64,000 nucleotides of DNA, taken from assembly GCA_038104735.1 (NCBI GenBank), contig JAYOBI010000007.1, forward strand, positions 9,780 through 73,779, written 5' to 3'. A model generated the notes under the pieces. That model was not told where the DNA came from. It was given only the letters and a program-made list of their open reading frames with translations, and searched no databases. Numbering within the stretch: position 1 is the first letter of the stretch; every line of letters begins with the position of its first letter. The position numbers and the translations under genes were made by a program. Source of the stretch: Gammaproteobacteria bacterium (GTDB lineage Bacteria > Pseudomonadota > Gammaproteobacteria > Pseudomonadales > Azotimanducaceae). This document shows positions 39,127-49,372 of the stretch, piece after piece.

Positions 39127-39228
39127 TAAGGCCAGACAACACCGTCTCGAGGCCAAGGATAGAGGCCTTTTCCAGTCGCCTGACACCAGTTGCCCAGCAT
39201 CGGCGCTTGGTCATTGTTAGCCACCGGG

Positions 39229-41163
39229 TTAGCCACTGGGTATCTGCCACTCATGGTCATTAAGAATAGGGGCTTGTCGCTGGTTCAGATTGCGATAGAC
39301 CACTTCAAAGGCTAAGACGTTCTGAACGTAGTTCCGAGTTTCTTTAAAAGGGATGGTCTCTATCCACACATCCATGGGCAGCCCCGCGCGGTCCCTCATC
39401 CAGCGGTCGGCTCGGCTCTCGCCAGCATTATAGGCAGCGATGGCAAGAGGGCGGTGGCCACGGTACCGCTCCATTAACCAAGAAAAATGATAGGAGCCAA
39501 TTTCGATGTTACGTTCAGGGGTGCGCAGATCGCGCTTGATGGCTTGGCCAACGTCGTCGCCAAGGTGCTTCTTCAACCCGCCTCGCCGAATAGCGATTTT
39601 GCCGGTGGCTGGCATAATTTGCATTAAACCCAATGCGCCGGCGCTGGATTGGGCTTTGGGCTGAAACGCCGACTCCTGGCGCGCAATGGCTCTGAGCAGA
39701 TTCCCATCCACGCCGTGTCGTAAAGCCGCTGCGTCAAATACAGAGCCGTAGGCGTCGGGAAATCGTATTTGCAAGTCGTCTCGAACACCGGCGCTGTTGG
39801 CTGTTTGGATCGCAAGAAACAATCGCCCGATTCGCTGGGCTAGGTGAGCCATGTCGTGTTGCACCGCTTGATCGTGATTGGCCAGCGCCCGATACCACTC
39901 GCGCCGCCCATTTAAGTCATCGCCGACGGCGAATAATTCCACGGCCCTGGCAACTCCGGGAATCTGCATCAGCGCGTTTTCCTCGGCAGCGCCGAATGGA
40001 TGTTCTTGCATTCTCTGCAGTTTAGTCGGTGTGTTCAGTCGCGCGGCGGCCAGGAAACCGTAGTAGCTGCGGTTTTCGGCAAGCCCGCGCAACAGGGCTT
40101 GACCGTCGTTTTGTTGCTCCAGCGCGAGGAGGGCGCGGCCCAGCCAGTATCCGGCGCGGCTGCTGTTTTCCTGATCGGTTTGCATGCGGTCAGCCCAATG
40201 CACGACCTCGGCCCAGTTTTCGTGGGCAATGGCTGCGTTTAGCAGGCCCTCCACGGCGAAAGCAGATTGCACACGGTCACGCTGGTTGTTTGGCGGAAAG
40301 ATGTTGTCCGTTGCCAGCCCCACTGCGATTTGATCGTCCAAGCGCTGGCGCTGGGCCGGAGTAAAACCATGGCTTTGGCGAAAACGCTGCCACGCACTGG
40401 CGGCTTGCTCAGGTGCGCGAGTGCTCAGTCGGGTCAGGCCATAAATAATCGCATCGCGGTTTGGCCCTGTATCCGCAGCAAAGGCGCCGCGCCAGGCGAC
40501 ACGCTGAGGTTGTCGTCGTAGTTCGTAATAGCCTTTGGCGGCGCTGAGATTGTCGCCATCAAGATAACGCTGCAAGTATCTGGCGAGCACGTACTGGCGT
40601 TCCTCCATAGCACCATTAAAGCGCTGCCAAATAAGCGCCTGGGTGAATCTGGGTGTTTTTCGCCAGACCGCGAATAAGGGGTCGCAGGCCTTGGGCTGGG
40701 ATTTCGGCTGGGCCCAAAGCATCGAGGTTGCATCCAAGGCTTGGTCTTTTTCGCCGATACCGTAGCGGGCCCGCGCGAAATAACAGGCGAGCTCTGGGTT
40801 TTGCGTATCGTAGCGCCGGCTGTGCAGGGTCTGCCACTGGCGGCGTTTGCCCTGAAGAATCAGCCAACGTTGGTAGAGCAAGGGTGTTACTGGCAGTTCC
40901 CCGTACTGCTGCCGGAATGCGTCGATAGCAGCAGGGCCTATTTGGCTAAGACGGGCACTCAGCCGGTGATACTCGAGGTAGGGAGCCAAAGGGTAGTTTT
41001 GCAGCTCTGCCGCCATGGCTTTGCTGCGAGACCACTGGCCGGCGCGCAGGTACTCAATGGCCTGAAGATAGTTATCGCGATGGGTCGAGATGGCGTGAGA
41101 GAACTGCAGTGGTATGAGGGTTAATTCGACGAGGACAGTACCTAGGAAAAACGCTCGCGGCAT
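39229..41163 (-). CDS. slt: Soluble lytic murein transglycosylase
   Basis: YPLAPY, SQPKACDP, IARQESAF, GLMQIMPAT, AYNAG, ETIPFKETRNYV. Confidence 0.93.
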   Translation of the reverse strand: MPRAFFLGTVLVELTLIPLQFSHAISTHRDNYLQAIEYLRAGQWSRSKAMAAELQNYPLAPYLEYHRLSARLSQIGPAAIDAFRQQYGELPVTPLLYQRWLILQGKRRQWQTLHSRRYDTQNPELACYFARARYGIGEKDQALDATSMLWAQPKSQPKACDPLFAVWRKTPRFTQALIWQRFNGAMEERQYVLARYLQRYLDGDNLSAAKGYYELRRQPQRVAWRGAFAADTGPNRDAIIYGLTRLSTRAPEQAASAWQRFRQSHGFTPAQRQRLDDQIAVGLATDNIFPPNNQRDRVQSAFAVEGLLNAAIAHENWAEVVHWADRMQTDQENSSRAGYWLGRALLALEQQNDGQALLRGLAENRSYYGFLAAARLNTPTKLQRMQEHPFGAAEENALMQIPGVARAVELFAVGDDLNGRREWYRALANHDQAVQHDMAHLAQRIGRLFLAIQTANSAGVRDDLQIRFPDAYGSVFDAAALRHGVDGNLLRAIARQESAFQPKAQSSAGALGLMQIMPATGKIAIRRGGLKKHLGDDVGQAIKRDLRTPERNIEIGSYHFSWLMERYRGHRPLAIAAYNAGESRADRWMRDRAGLPMDVWIETIPFKETRNYVQNVLAFEVVYRNLNQRQAPILNDHEWQIPSG

Positions 41164-41206
41164 TTGCGAATCCTTATCGTTGGTGCCTGCAGCATAATCC
41201 GCCGGG

Positions 41207-41647
41207 CTAGCTCTCGCCAACCCGAACCGCCAGAACGTCGCAGGGTGCGCTGTCCATCACGCCATTGGCCGTGGAACCAAGCAATCGGGCCAAACCGCTG
41301 CGGGTGTGACTGCCGACAACGATCAAATCTGCACCGCATTCTTCCGCGGCGCGGTGAATTTCACTTTGGGGCCGACCAAAGATCAGATGCTGACGATCTT
41401 CAGGTATGCCAAGCTGGCCGCCGAATGCTGTTAAATGGGCTTTCGCCTGATCCTGAATTTGTTCTTGAACTGGCGATAGATCCATTGGCACATCACCACC
41501 GTATGCCGCACTGAGGGGTTCGATGACATGAACAATGTGGACCGCGCAAGGGGTATCGCCGATTATCTGCTTCATCCGATCTGCAAGTAGGGTCGACTCC
41601 TCGGTCAGATCCGCTGCGAGCAAGACGGTAGAATAAGGTGCCATCAT
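41207..41647 (-). CDS. Universal stress protein
   Basis: DLIVVGSH...LLGSTANGV...CDVLAV. Confidence 0.92.
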   Translation of the reverse strand: MMAPYSTVLLAADLTEESTLLADRMKQIIGDTPCAVHIVHVIEPLSAAYGGDVPMDLSPVQEQIQDQAKAHLTAFGGQLGIPEDRQHLIFGRPQSEIHRAAEECGADLIVVGSHTRSGLARLLGSTANGVMDSAPCDVLAVRVGES

Positions 41648-41788
41648 GTTGTCCCCGACTGGTTGTCTTGGAGCGGAAGATACCTCCTGTTGATTGCCGC
41701 AACAACAGTTTCAATGCCTGCTTTAAGCGCTTCCCCTAGAGTCAAAAAGGGCACAAAATCCTGGGTTTGTTTGCGGTGGGCAATATCG

Positions 41789-42475
41789 ATGGAATGGTTA
41801 ATTATCGTGTTAGCTCTCGGCGTTGCCATTGGCCCGATTCTCTACCTCACACCCTCGGAGCGCGACCGCTATTTGACGGGGCTGCGTGCCCAAGCGCGTA
41901 AACTCGGTTATACGGTGCAACTGGATAAAGTGCTGAAGCTGAACCCAAACGCCGATGAGCGAGTGTCTGCCGGCGGCAGCGTTCGCCAGCTTGCGGTGCC
42001 ATGTACCCGCTATCAACTGCCCCTTGGGGTAACCGTTAATGCAGTGTCACCGATTTTTCTATTACGCATACCCAGCGCCCCGACCATCCCTATCGAGCGA
42101 CTGTCGCCGCATTGGGCGGTAAATGGTTTGGACGTGGGACAACTAAAATCACTGCGCCGCTGGCAAAACGATGCAGACGGTCTGATGGAGCTGGTTGCGG
42201 TGCTGGATCAGATGCCAATGGATGTGCTGGCGGTACAGTTGGATAAGCGATTTATCGCCGCGTTTTGGCGTGAACAAAGACCTCAAGCTGCGGCAGCTAG
42301 CGGTGGAGGAAATACAGCAGATAAGTCGGTAACGCGGCTACCGTGGTTTTGGCCAAATTCCGGCTCGAAGCAGCCTGCCACGCTGGATGAACTACCCGGT
42401 CTGAAAGCCCTAGACGAGGTCATGCGCCGTTTACTCAACACAATAAAGAAGCACTGGGGCACCATCACGCCATAG
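41789..42475 (+). CDS. Hypothetical protein with N-terminal membrane anchor
   Basis: MEWLIIVLALGVAIGPILYLTPS.. anchor followed by a soluble domain; upstream of topA. Confidence 0.65.
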   Translation: MEWLIIVLALGVAIGPILYLTPSERDRYLTGLRAQARKLGYTVQLDKVLKLNPNADERVSAGGSVRQLAVPCTRYQLPLGVTVNAVSPIFLLRIPSAPTIPIERLSPHWAVNGLDVGQLKSLRRWQNDADGLMELVAVLDQMPMDVLAVQLDKRFIAAFWREQRPQAAAASGGGNTADKSVTRLPWFWPNSGSKQPATLDELPGLKALDEVMRRLLNTIKKHWGTITP

Positions 42476-42560
42476 AAACTTGGCGCTGTGCGCCCGTCGC
42501 CACTAACCCGTCAATGTGCTGGGCGAATCACCGTAGAACAGCTTTCCTCCCGCTCATTTC

Positions 42561-42590
42561 TTGACACATAGGATCACCAAAGCCTATAAA
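42561..42590 (+). promoter_or_regulatory. sigma70 promoter of topA
   Basis: TTGACA-N18-TATAAA followed by GC-rich TCGCCG. Confidence 0.7.
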
Positions 42591-42670
42591 TCGCCGTCCT
42601 CGGGATCACCTTGGGCCATTTTCAGGCAAGAGCTAGCAAGCGACACTGACAGCTATAAGGGTTTTTAGAC

Positions 42671-45349
42671 ATGGCACGTTCTCTCGTCATCGTAGAGTCT
42701 CCGGCAAAGGCAAAGACCATAAATCGCTATCTGGGCAAGGACTTCGTGGTCAAGTCCAGTGTCGGTCATATTCGTGACTTGCCCACAGGCGGCAAAGCTG
42801 TGGATCCCAAGGCGCGAGCCGCTGAAGCCCAAAAAACCAAAGCACTCCCCCCGGCCAAGCGTGAGGCCTACAAGAAAAAGCGTGCCCGAGAGCAGCTTGT
42901 GCGACGGATGGGCGTGAACCCTGACAAGAATTGGTCTGCCCAATACGAAATTTTGCCGGGTAAAGAAAAAGTCGTTGATGAACTGAAAAAGCTGGCCAAA
43001 GACGCACCGGCCATTTACCTGGCTACGGACCTTGATCGAGAGGGGGAGGCTATCGCCTGGCACCTGCGCGAAGCCATTGGCGGCGACGAGGGGCGCTATC
43101 GCCGGGTAGTCTTTAATGAGATTACTCGTAAAGCTATTGAAGAAGCGTTTGTTGATCCGGGCGACATCGATATGGATCGTGTGCACGCTCAGCAGGCTCG
43201 GCGATTTTTGGACCGAGTAGTTGGCTTTGAACTGTCGCCATTGCTGTGGGCGAAGGTGGCCAGAGGATTGTCTGCGGGCCGCGTGCAGAGCGTAGCCGTG
43301 CGCCTGATCGTTGAGAGAGAACGAGAAATACGCGCCTTCGTGCCCGAGGAATATTGGGACGCCTTTGCAGACTTGTCTCGCGCACAAGATGACGCGCCAG
43401 TGCGCTTCCAGGTATCGAAATACCAAGGCGCGAACTTTCGGCCGACCAATGAAACAGATGCCATGGGGTTGATGAGCACCCTGCGCGAGCAGGACTTCGC
43501 GATTACCAAGCGCGAAGACAAACCAACCCGTAGCCGTCCCAACGCACCCTTCATCACGTCGACGCTACAGCAGTCCGCCAGCACCCGGCTGAGCTTCTCG
43601 GTGAAAAAGACCATGACCATGGCCCAGCGCTTGTATGAAGCTGGTTACATCACCTATATGCGAACGGATTCCACAAACCTCAGCGCTGAGGCCGTGGAGG
43701 CTGCGCGTACCCTGATTGGCAACGAGTATGGCCCGGAGTATCTGCCAGACAGTCCCAAGCGCTACAACTCCAAAGAAGACGCCCAGGAAGCGCACGAGGC
43801 GATTCGTCCCTCCAACGCCAATACGAAGCCTGAACACCTAACCGGCGTAGATGGCGACGCCGTGCGGCTTTACGAGTTGATTCGGAATCAGTTTTTGGCC
43901 TGCCAGATGACGGATGCAAGGTATCTGAGCACCAGCATTAAAGCCCAAGCAGGAGATTTCGAGCTTTCCGTGCGCGGTCGCATTCTGCAGTTCGATGGGT
44001 TCACCCGAGTAATGCCCGTTAACTCCAAGAAGGACGAGGACGCTACGCTGCCAGATTTTCAGGCAGGGGATGCCCTAAAACTCGCAGACAGCGAAGCAAT
44101 CCAGCATTTCACTAAACCGACGCCGCGATTTGGTGAGGCGAGCCTAGTAAAAGAACTGGAGAAACTGGGGATCGGGCGTCCTTCCACCTACGCAAGCATC
44201 ATTTCCACCATTCAGGACAGAGGCTATGTCCGCCTAGAAGCTCGGCGCTTTTATGCGGAAAAAATTGGCGAGCTAGTGACAGACCGTTTGCTAGAGAACT
44301 TCGACAACCTCATGGACTACCGCTTCACCGCTAACATGGAAGAAGAGCTGGACAAGGTGGCCCAGGGCCAAGCCCAATGGGATGCCGTGCTGAATGAGTT
44401 TTACGGAGATTTCAGCGGCAAGCTCGTCTCGGCAAAAGACGTGGAACATGGAATGCGCGTAAATGCGCCCACAGATACAGACATTATTTGCCCGAACGCC
44501 GACTGTGGCCGGCATATGCAAATTCGCAACGGCTCCACCGGTGTATTTCTGGGTTGTTCTGGTTACGGGCTTAAACCCAAGGAACGCTGCACCAAAACAG
44601 TAAATCTAATTCCCGGCGAAGAAGCCGTGGATGCGGAGCAGGACGACGAGGGCGAGTCCAAGTTACTGCGTAAAATGCGTAAATGTCCTACCTGCCAAAG
44701 CGCCATGCTGAGTTATTTAGTCGATGAGACGCGCAAGCTGCATATCTGTGGCAACAACCCAGACTGTGCTTCTTTTGAGATTGAAACCGGCACCTTTAAA
44801 ATAAAGGGTTACGACGGCCCGCTGCTGGAATGCGACAAGTGCGGTGCCGAGATGCAGCTGAAATCCGGGCGGTTCGGCAAGTACTTTGGCTGTGTGGAAT
44901 GCCCGAATACCCGCAAGCTGCTTCGCAACGGCGAGCCTGCGCCGCCAAAGGCTGATCCAGTACCCATGCCGGAGTTGCGCTGCGAAAAAGTGGACGATCA
45001 CTACCTGCTGCGTGATGGGGCGTCAGGCATATTTCTGGCAGCAAGCCAATTTCCAAAGCACCGGGAAACCCGAGCGCCGCTAGTGGCGGAGATAAAACCC
45101 CACGCCAACGAGCTAGACCCGAAGTTCCGTTACTTGTTGGCGGCACCGGAGCAGGATCCTGAGGGGAACCCGGCAATTATCCGCTACAGCCGTAAAACCA
45201 AAGAGCAGTACGTGCAGTCGGAAATTGAGGGTAAGGCAACGGGCTGGAAGGCTTTTTATCAGGAGCCTAACTGGGTAGAAGAGGGTGAGGTTAAGAAACC
45301 GGCGGTTAAGAAGAAGGCGACTAAGAAGCCCCAGAAAAAGTCTGCTTAG
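42671..45349 (+). CDS. topA: DNA topoisomerase I
   Basis: [32 protein letters not shown] (catalytic Tyr), C-terminal Zn ribbons. Confidence 0.98.
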   Translation: MARSLVIVESPAKAKTINRYLGKDFVVKSSVGHIRDLPTGGKAVDPKARAAEAQKTKALPPAKREAYKKKRAREQLVRRMGVNPDKNWSAQYEILPGKEKVVDELKKLAKDAPAIYLATDLDREGEAIAWHLREAIGGDEGRYRRVVFNEITRKAIEEAFVDPGDIDMDRVHAQQARRFLDRVVGFELSPLLWAKVARGLSAGRVQSVAVRLIVEREREIRAFVPEEYWDAFADLSRAQDDAPVRFQVSKYQGANFRPTNETDAMGLMSTLREQDFAITKREDKPTRSRPNAPFITSTLQQSASTRLSFSVKKTMTMAQRLYEAGYITYMRTDSTNLSAEAVEAARTLIGNEYGPEYLPDSPKRYNSKEDAQEAHEAIRPSNANTKPEHLTGVDGDAVRLYELIRNQFLACQMTDARYLSTSIKAQAGDFELSVRGRILQFDGFTRVMPVNSKKDEDATLPDFQAGDALKLADSEAIQHFTKPTPRFGEASLVKELEKLGIGRPSTYASIISTIQDRGYVRLEARRFYAEKIGELVTDRLLENFDNLMDYRFTANMEEELDKVAQGQAQWDAVLNEFYGDFSGKLVSAKDVEHGMRVNAPTDTDIICPNADCGRHMQIRNGSTGVFLGCSGYGLKPKERCTKTVNLIPGEEAVDAEQDDEGESKLLRKMRKCPTCQSAMLSYLVDETRKLHICGNNPDCASFEIETGTFKIKGYDGPLLECDKCGAEMQLKSGRFGKYFGCVECPNTRKLLRNGEPAPPKADPVPMPELRCEKVDDHYLLRDGASGIFLAASQFPKHRETRAPLVAEIKPHANELDPKFRYLLAAPEQDPEGNPAIIRYSRKTKEQYVQSEIEGKATGWKAFYQEPNWVEEGEVKKPAVKKKATKKPQKKSA

Positions 45350-45448
45350 TCTTACTTTAGTCAGAATCCATCCCATCTAGGCCGGTCTAGGCCGATCCCG
45401 TCCGATTCAGGACAGGTTCGGCTTAAGCCCGTGTGCTCGATATAACGC

Positions 45449-46078
45449 CTAGATTTGCTGACGAATAACGCCTACCGATAGCCCCTCTATAGCGAAGCTC
45501 TGCTCCGCCAGATCTACCTCGATGGGGTCGTAGGCCGAATTCTCAGGCAACAGCAGTACCTGGTTGCGTTTTCTGGTGCGCTGAAAGCGCTTTACCGTTA
45601 CTTCTTCCTCGATGCGTGCCACCACAATCTGGCCGTTAGTTGCCTGTTCGGTCTTGTGCACCGCTAGCAGGTCGCCATCAAGAATACCGGCATCCACCAT
45701 ACTGTCGCCCCGCACGCGCAGCAGATAATCGGCATGGGGCTGGAAAAAGCCTGCGGGGAGATCAATGCGGTCTTCGATATTCTCTTCGGCCAAAATGGGA
45801 TTGCCCGCCGCCACGCGGCCCACAATGGGCAAGCCCTCGTCAATCAAGTCGGGCAGGCGAATACCCCTAGAGGTTCCCGGAATCATTTCGATGGCGCCTT
45901 TACGGGCCAGCGCTTTTAGGTGTTCTTCCGCAGCGTTCGCCGATTTGAAACCTAACTCGGCGGCAATGTCCGCTCGGGTCGGCGGGTACCCGGTGTCCGC
46001 TATATAACGCCGAATAAGCGCCAAAATCTGCGCTTGGCGGGGAGTCAGGGCTGGGGTGGGCTTAGTCAGAGCGTTCAT
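45449..46078 (-). CDS. lexA: SOS repressor LexA
   Basis: [12 protein letters not shown] cleavage site, GDSM Ser, TVKR Lys. Confidence 0.98.
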   Translation of the reverse strand: MNALTKPTPALTPRQAQILALIRRYIADTGYPPTRADIAAELGFKSANAAEEHLKALARKGAIEMIPGTSRGIRLPDLIDEGLPIVGRVAAGNPILAEENIEDRIDLPAGFFQPHADYLLRVRGDSMVDAGILDGDLLAVHKTEQATNGQIVVARIEEEVTVKRFQRTRKRNQVLLLPENSAYDPIEVDLAEQSFAIEGLSVGVIRQQI

Positions 46079-46085
46079 GGCATTC

Positions 46086-46139
46086 CTGAATATTTGTACA
46101 GTGCTGGGAGTATAGCCAGCATACTGAATATCTGTACAG
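46086..46139. promoter_or_regulatory. Three tandem LexA (SOS) boxes upstream of lexA
   Basis: CTG-N10-CAG at 46086-46101 (CTGAATATTTGTACAG), 46104-46119 (CTGGGAGTATAGCCAG) and 46124-46139 (CTGAATATCTGTACAG). Confidence 0.85.
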
Positions 46140-46283
46140 GTATGTTTGCAACTTTTTTTTGGGTTTTTGCGGTCAGAGAAATGATCCGTGGTTATCTACC
46201 TGGTTTTGCTACCATAATTCGTGGTCAAGACTGACGGCTCAAGGGAGTTCGGTAGAGATACCAGGATAAGAGGAAGGGAAGCT

Positions 46284-47408
46284 ATGGACGGGTTTTTGGC
46301 GCTGTTTGAACAATACAGCTGGGTATTAGGAGCCTTTGGGGTTCTGCTGCTGGCGGCAATTGTGCGATTCGTAGCCGGCCGGCTGCTGATAAAAGCCGAG
46401 GCTCAGGCCAGTCGCACTGAGAACACCTGGGACGATGCGCTGGTGCGCGGGGCTCGTCGACCGCTTTTTTTGGGGATCTGGGTGATGGCAATTTCGTTTG
46501 CCGTTGACTCTATGGATCTGCAGTCACGAGCGGAAGTGTTCGCGCTGACGGATAACCTGCGCGACATTGCTGTGGTCTGGCTGTTGATTTGGTTTGCGTT
46601 AAATGTCATCCAAAACGTTGAGGCTGCCTATGCCCAGGGTGGTGCAAGCCAAAAGGTGGATCCCACTACAGCCGCCGCAGTAAGCAAGCTGCTTCGCGCC
46701 ACCATTGTGATCACCGGCGTGTTGATGGCCATGCAAGCGCTTGGCTTCTCCATTTCGGGAGTCCTAGCACTGGGTGGGGTTGGCGGCATCGCAGTGGGTT
46801 TCGCAGCGCGCAGTCTGCTGGCAAATTTTTTTGGCGCGCTCATGATTTTCCTGGATCGACCCTTTTCTGTAGGTGATTGGGTGCGGTCGCCGGATCAAAA
46901 TATTGAGGGAACCGTGGAATCCATTGGCTGGCGCGTGACCTTGATTCGAACCTTTGATCAGCGCCCGCTTTACGTGCCAAATTCAGTTTTCACGGAGATT
47001 TCAGTCGAAAACCCGTCACGCATGCACAACCGACGAATTCACGAAACCTTTGGTCTTCGGTACACGGATTTACCCAAAATGCAGGCCATCGTGGATGAGG
47101 TGCGGCAGATGCTGGAGAGCCATGAGGATATTGAGCAGAACCGAACGCTGATGGTGAATTTTGTTACCTTCGGGGCCAGTTCCCTGGATTTCTTTATCTA
47201 CACCTTCACCAAAACTACGGACTGGAGTACGTTCCACCGGGTGAAGCAGGATGTCTTGTTGCGTGTCGCTGACATTGTGGCGGCACATGGTGCTGAATTC
47301 GCCTTCCCGACCCAAACCCTGCAGCTGGAGTCCCTGGAAACTCTGGCTGAGACGGCTGCCAACCCACCAGCACAAAGCGCTCCCGTTGGGTCTGCGCGTG
47401 GAGACTAG
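46284..47408 (+). CDS. Small-conductance mechanosensitive channel (MscS family)
   Basis: GGIAVGFAA, NFFGAL, RPFSVGDWV, GTVESIGWRVT, VPN, FAFPT. Confidence 0.93.
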   Translation: MDGFLALFEQYSWVLGAFGVLLLAAIVRFVAGRLLIKAEAQASRTENTWDDALVRGARRPLFLGIWVMAISFAVDSMDLQSRAEVFALTDNLRDIAVVWLLIWFALNVIQNVEAAYAQGGASQKVDPTTAAAVSKLLRATIVITGVLMAMQALGFSISGVLALGGVGGIAVGFAARSLLANFFGALMIFLDRPFSVGDWVRSPDQNIEGTVESIGWRVTLIRTFDQRPLYVPNSVFTEISVENPSRMHNRRIHETFGLRYTDLPKMQAIVDEVRQMLESHEDIEQNRTLMVNFVTFGASSLDFFIYTFTKTTDWSTFHRVKQDVLLRVADIVAAHGAEFAFPTQTLQLESLETLAETAANPPAQSAPVGSARGD

Positions 47409-47970
47409 CCTGTCTCAGCTGGCGGCCTTGGACAGCCTGCCTGGGGAGGTGTCCAGAGTTATCCATCACGCGCAAACCGTGGCCACGGCAGCGGAAATGG
47501 ACGCCGCGCTGGATCGGTTGGCGGTCCGGCTTACCGCGCTTGGGCAAGACAGAGACCCGGTTTTGCTGACCTTGCTGCCTGGTGGCGCCTATCTTGCCGG
47601 TGCTTTGTTACGGCGTGTGGTGTTTCCGCTGCAGACCGCCTACATCCTTGATGTGCCGGAAGGGATGCTATCAAAAACCCGGGAATTGCTGAGTGTTTTG
47701 CCTGATGTGGCGGGGCGGCTCGTTATTTTAGTGGACGACGGCCTGACCGATAAGCCAAGCATCGACCGCCTGGGCAGCTACCTAGAAGAAGGCGGTGCCG
47801 CCGAGGGTTGGCGTTGTTCTCTGGTGGCGCAATCTGCACAGTCTTCAGCAACCGCAGGTTTTTTTTCCAGTCACTTTTCCGCAGTGGTCGGTGAGGGTCA
47901 TGGGCTCTTCGGCTGCGGTCTTGACGTGCAGGGCTACTGCCGCAATTTACCCAGCCTGCATCGCGGCTAA
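47398..47970 (+). CDS. HPRT-like phosphoribosyltransferase with degenerate PRPP loop
   Basis: LLPGGAYLAG, FPLQTAY, VILVDD, LFGCGLDVQGYCRNL resemble Pseudomonas-type Hpt; GTG start overlaps the mscS end. Confidence 0.65.
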   Translation: METSLSQLAALDSLPGEVSRVIHHAQTVATAAEMDAALDRLAVRLTALGQDRDPVLLTLLPGGAYLAGALLRRVVFPLQTAYILDVPEGMLSKTRELLSVLPDVAGRLVILVDDGLTDKPSIDRLGSYLEEGGAAEGWRCSLVAQSAQSSATAGFFSSHFSAVVGEGHGLFGCGLDVQGYCRNLPSLHRG

Positions 47971-47998
47971 CTTTTGTTTCGTTGCCAGGACTGGCGGT

Positions 47999-49327
47999 TT
48001 ATTCCGGCGCTGCTTCTGACAGTAGTTCGTTGAACTGGGTGAAAAGCATTTGGACTCTCTCGGGGTGCTGGGCTTTGTCGATGCGCACCAGCATGCCGAA
48101 CAGTGGGTGGTCAAAATAATGCAGCTCGGCGCTGCGCATCCGCCGACTCTCTTCGAGCTGCGCGAATGCATCCGCTGCCGGTGATCGCGCGGCGGCGTTA
48201 TGCAGAGAGATTGGATCCGGCCCAGCCTGGCTGGGCGTCAGCCAGAGCGTCGCCTCGGTGTGCAGGTAGCGGCCGAGGGTGACTGCCAGATAGCCTGTCA
48301 GTTCCTCACCAACCTGGATATAGAGGGGTTGGGGGGCACTTCGCTCAGGCACGTGCTGCTGCCAAGCCATATGCTCAAGGATCTGAAATTCTGCGGAAAT
48401 ATCCAGCCTTCTTGCCTGGTCAGATAAGCGCAACTCCGTCATGGGCCGGCGTCGGTACTCGTTCGCTTCCATATCCTCGGCAAAGGCCGTGAGCTGCTGA
48501 ATGAGCGTGAGATAAGGGGTTGTCACCACTGACGATGAGTTGGCTGGCACGGGTCTGGCCAGGGTTCTTAGCGCATCAGTGAACGGGTCCAAGCCTGCTA
48601 GTTCGAGGGTCGATGGACTTGCAGGCGCGGTGTCGCGGCTCGGGTCAAAACTGCTCTGCAACTCGAGTTCTGGGCCAAGAACTGGTGCTAGGTCTGCAAC
48701 GCTGTCTATGGGCTGATCTGTAGCCTGGATTAGGCCTCTGTCGGGATTCGGTTCAGGTGCTTCCAGCGGGTTGATACTCAGGTTGGTGGAAAATGCATCG
48801 TTGTCTTCTGGCGCAATGACTAAAGCGCCCGCCGGCCTTGACGAGTCTCCAGTGTTGGCCTCTGTCGAGGGCAATGGCCAGCACATCGTGGCGTCTGCGG
48901 GGACAAAAGGAGCTGTGGGGGCCTGCTTCGTTTCCGAGGGGCTTAAAACAAACAGGTTCGATGGCAGTTGTCTTGGCGCGTTGAGCAACAGTGGTTCTCC
49001 AGGGTCGCCGAGAACCCCCGGGGGAGCTTGAGCAACACGAAGGTTCGGGCTGAGAGGTTCGTTATCGCCGTCTTGACGGATCGCTAATGAAGCCTGGGGT
49101 GCGTTTAGACGCTTAAAAATTACCACCTCGATGGTGAACAGATTGGCAGGTAAAAGTTCGTCTAAGGACTGGAGTTTGGCCAGCTCGCTTGCGTCATAGT
49201 TCGCCGTGGTCGGCGCTGCATCAGCTTCGGCTGCGGCTGTGATCGGCACAGCACAGATCCAAGCCAGCCAAGCCAGAGACCTGACCCAGCGGGCCGAGTG
49301 GAGGATTGCTAATGCGTTATGTATCAC
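47999..49327 (-). CDS. CsiV-family periplasmic protein with long Pro/Ala-rich insert
   Basis: IEVVIF N-motif; C-terminal LEHMAWQQ, G.L.VTLGRYLH, RRMRSAELHYFDHPLFGMLV; downstream of mfd. Confidence 0.8.
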   Translation of the reverse strand: MIHNALAILHSARWVRSLAWLAWICAVPITAAAEADAAPTTANYDASELAKLQSLDELLPANLFTIEVVIFKRLNAPQASLAIRQDGDNEPLSPNLRVAQAPPGVLGDPGEPLLLNAPRQLPSNLFVLSPSETKQAPTAPFVPADATMCWPLPSTEANTGDSSRPAGALVIAPEDNDAFSTNLSINPLEAPEPNPDRGLIQATDQPIDSVADLAPVLGPELELQSSFDPSRDTAPASPSTLELAGLDPFTDALRTLARPVPANSSSVVTTPYLTLIQQLTAFAEDMEANEYRRRPMTELRLSDQARRLDISAEFQILEHMAWQQHVPERSAPQPLYIQVGEELTGYLAVTLGRYLHTEATLWLTPSQAGPDPISLHNAAARSPAADAFAQLEESRRMRSAELHYFDHPLFGMLVRIDKAQHPERVQMLFTQFNELLSEAAPE

Positions 49328-49372
49328 GACGCTGGATTCTGCCTTGGTCCTATGTTGCGTTCGGCTGAAAAT

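Noticed and set aside
42665-43426. 253-aa minus-strand ORF
   Set aside because: Entirely antisense to topA with no recognisable motifs; a shadow ORF of codon bias.
45350-45448. CTAGGCCG direct repeat and REP-like CGGCTTAAGCCCG between topA and lexA
   Set aside because: Too short, lacks the GTAG tag, and compatible with chance in GC-rich DNA.
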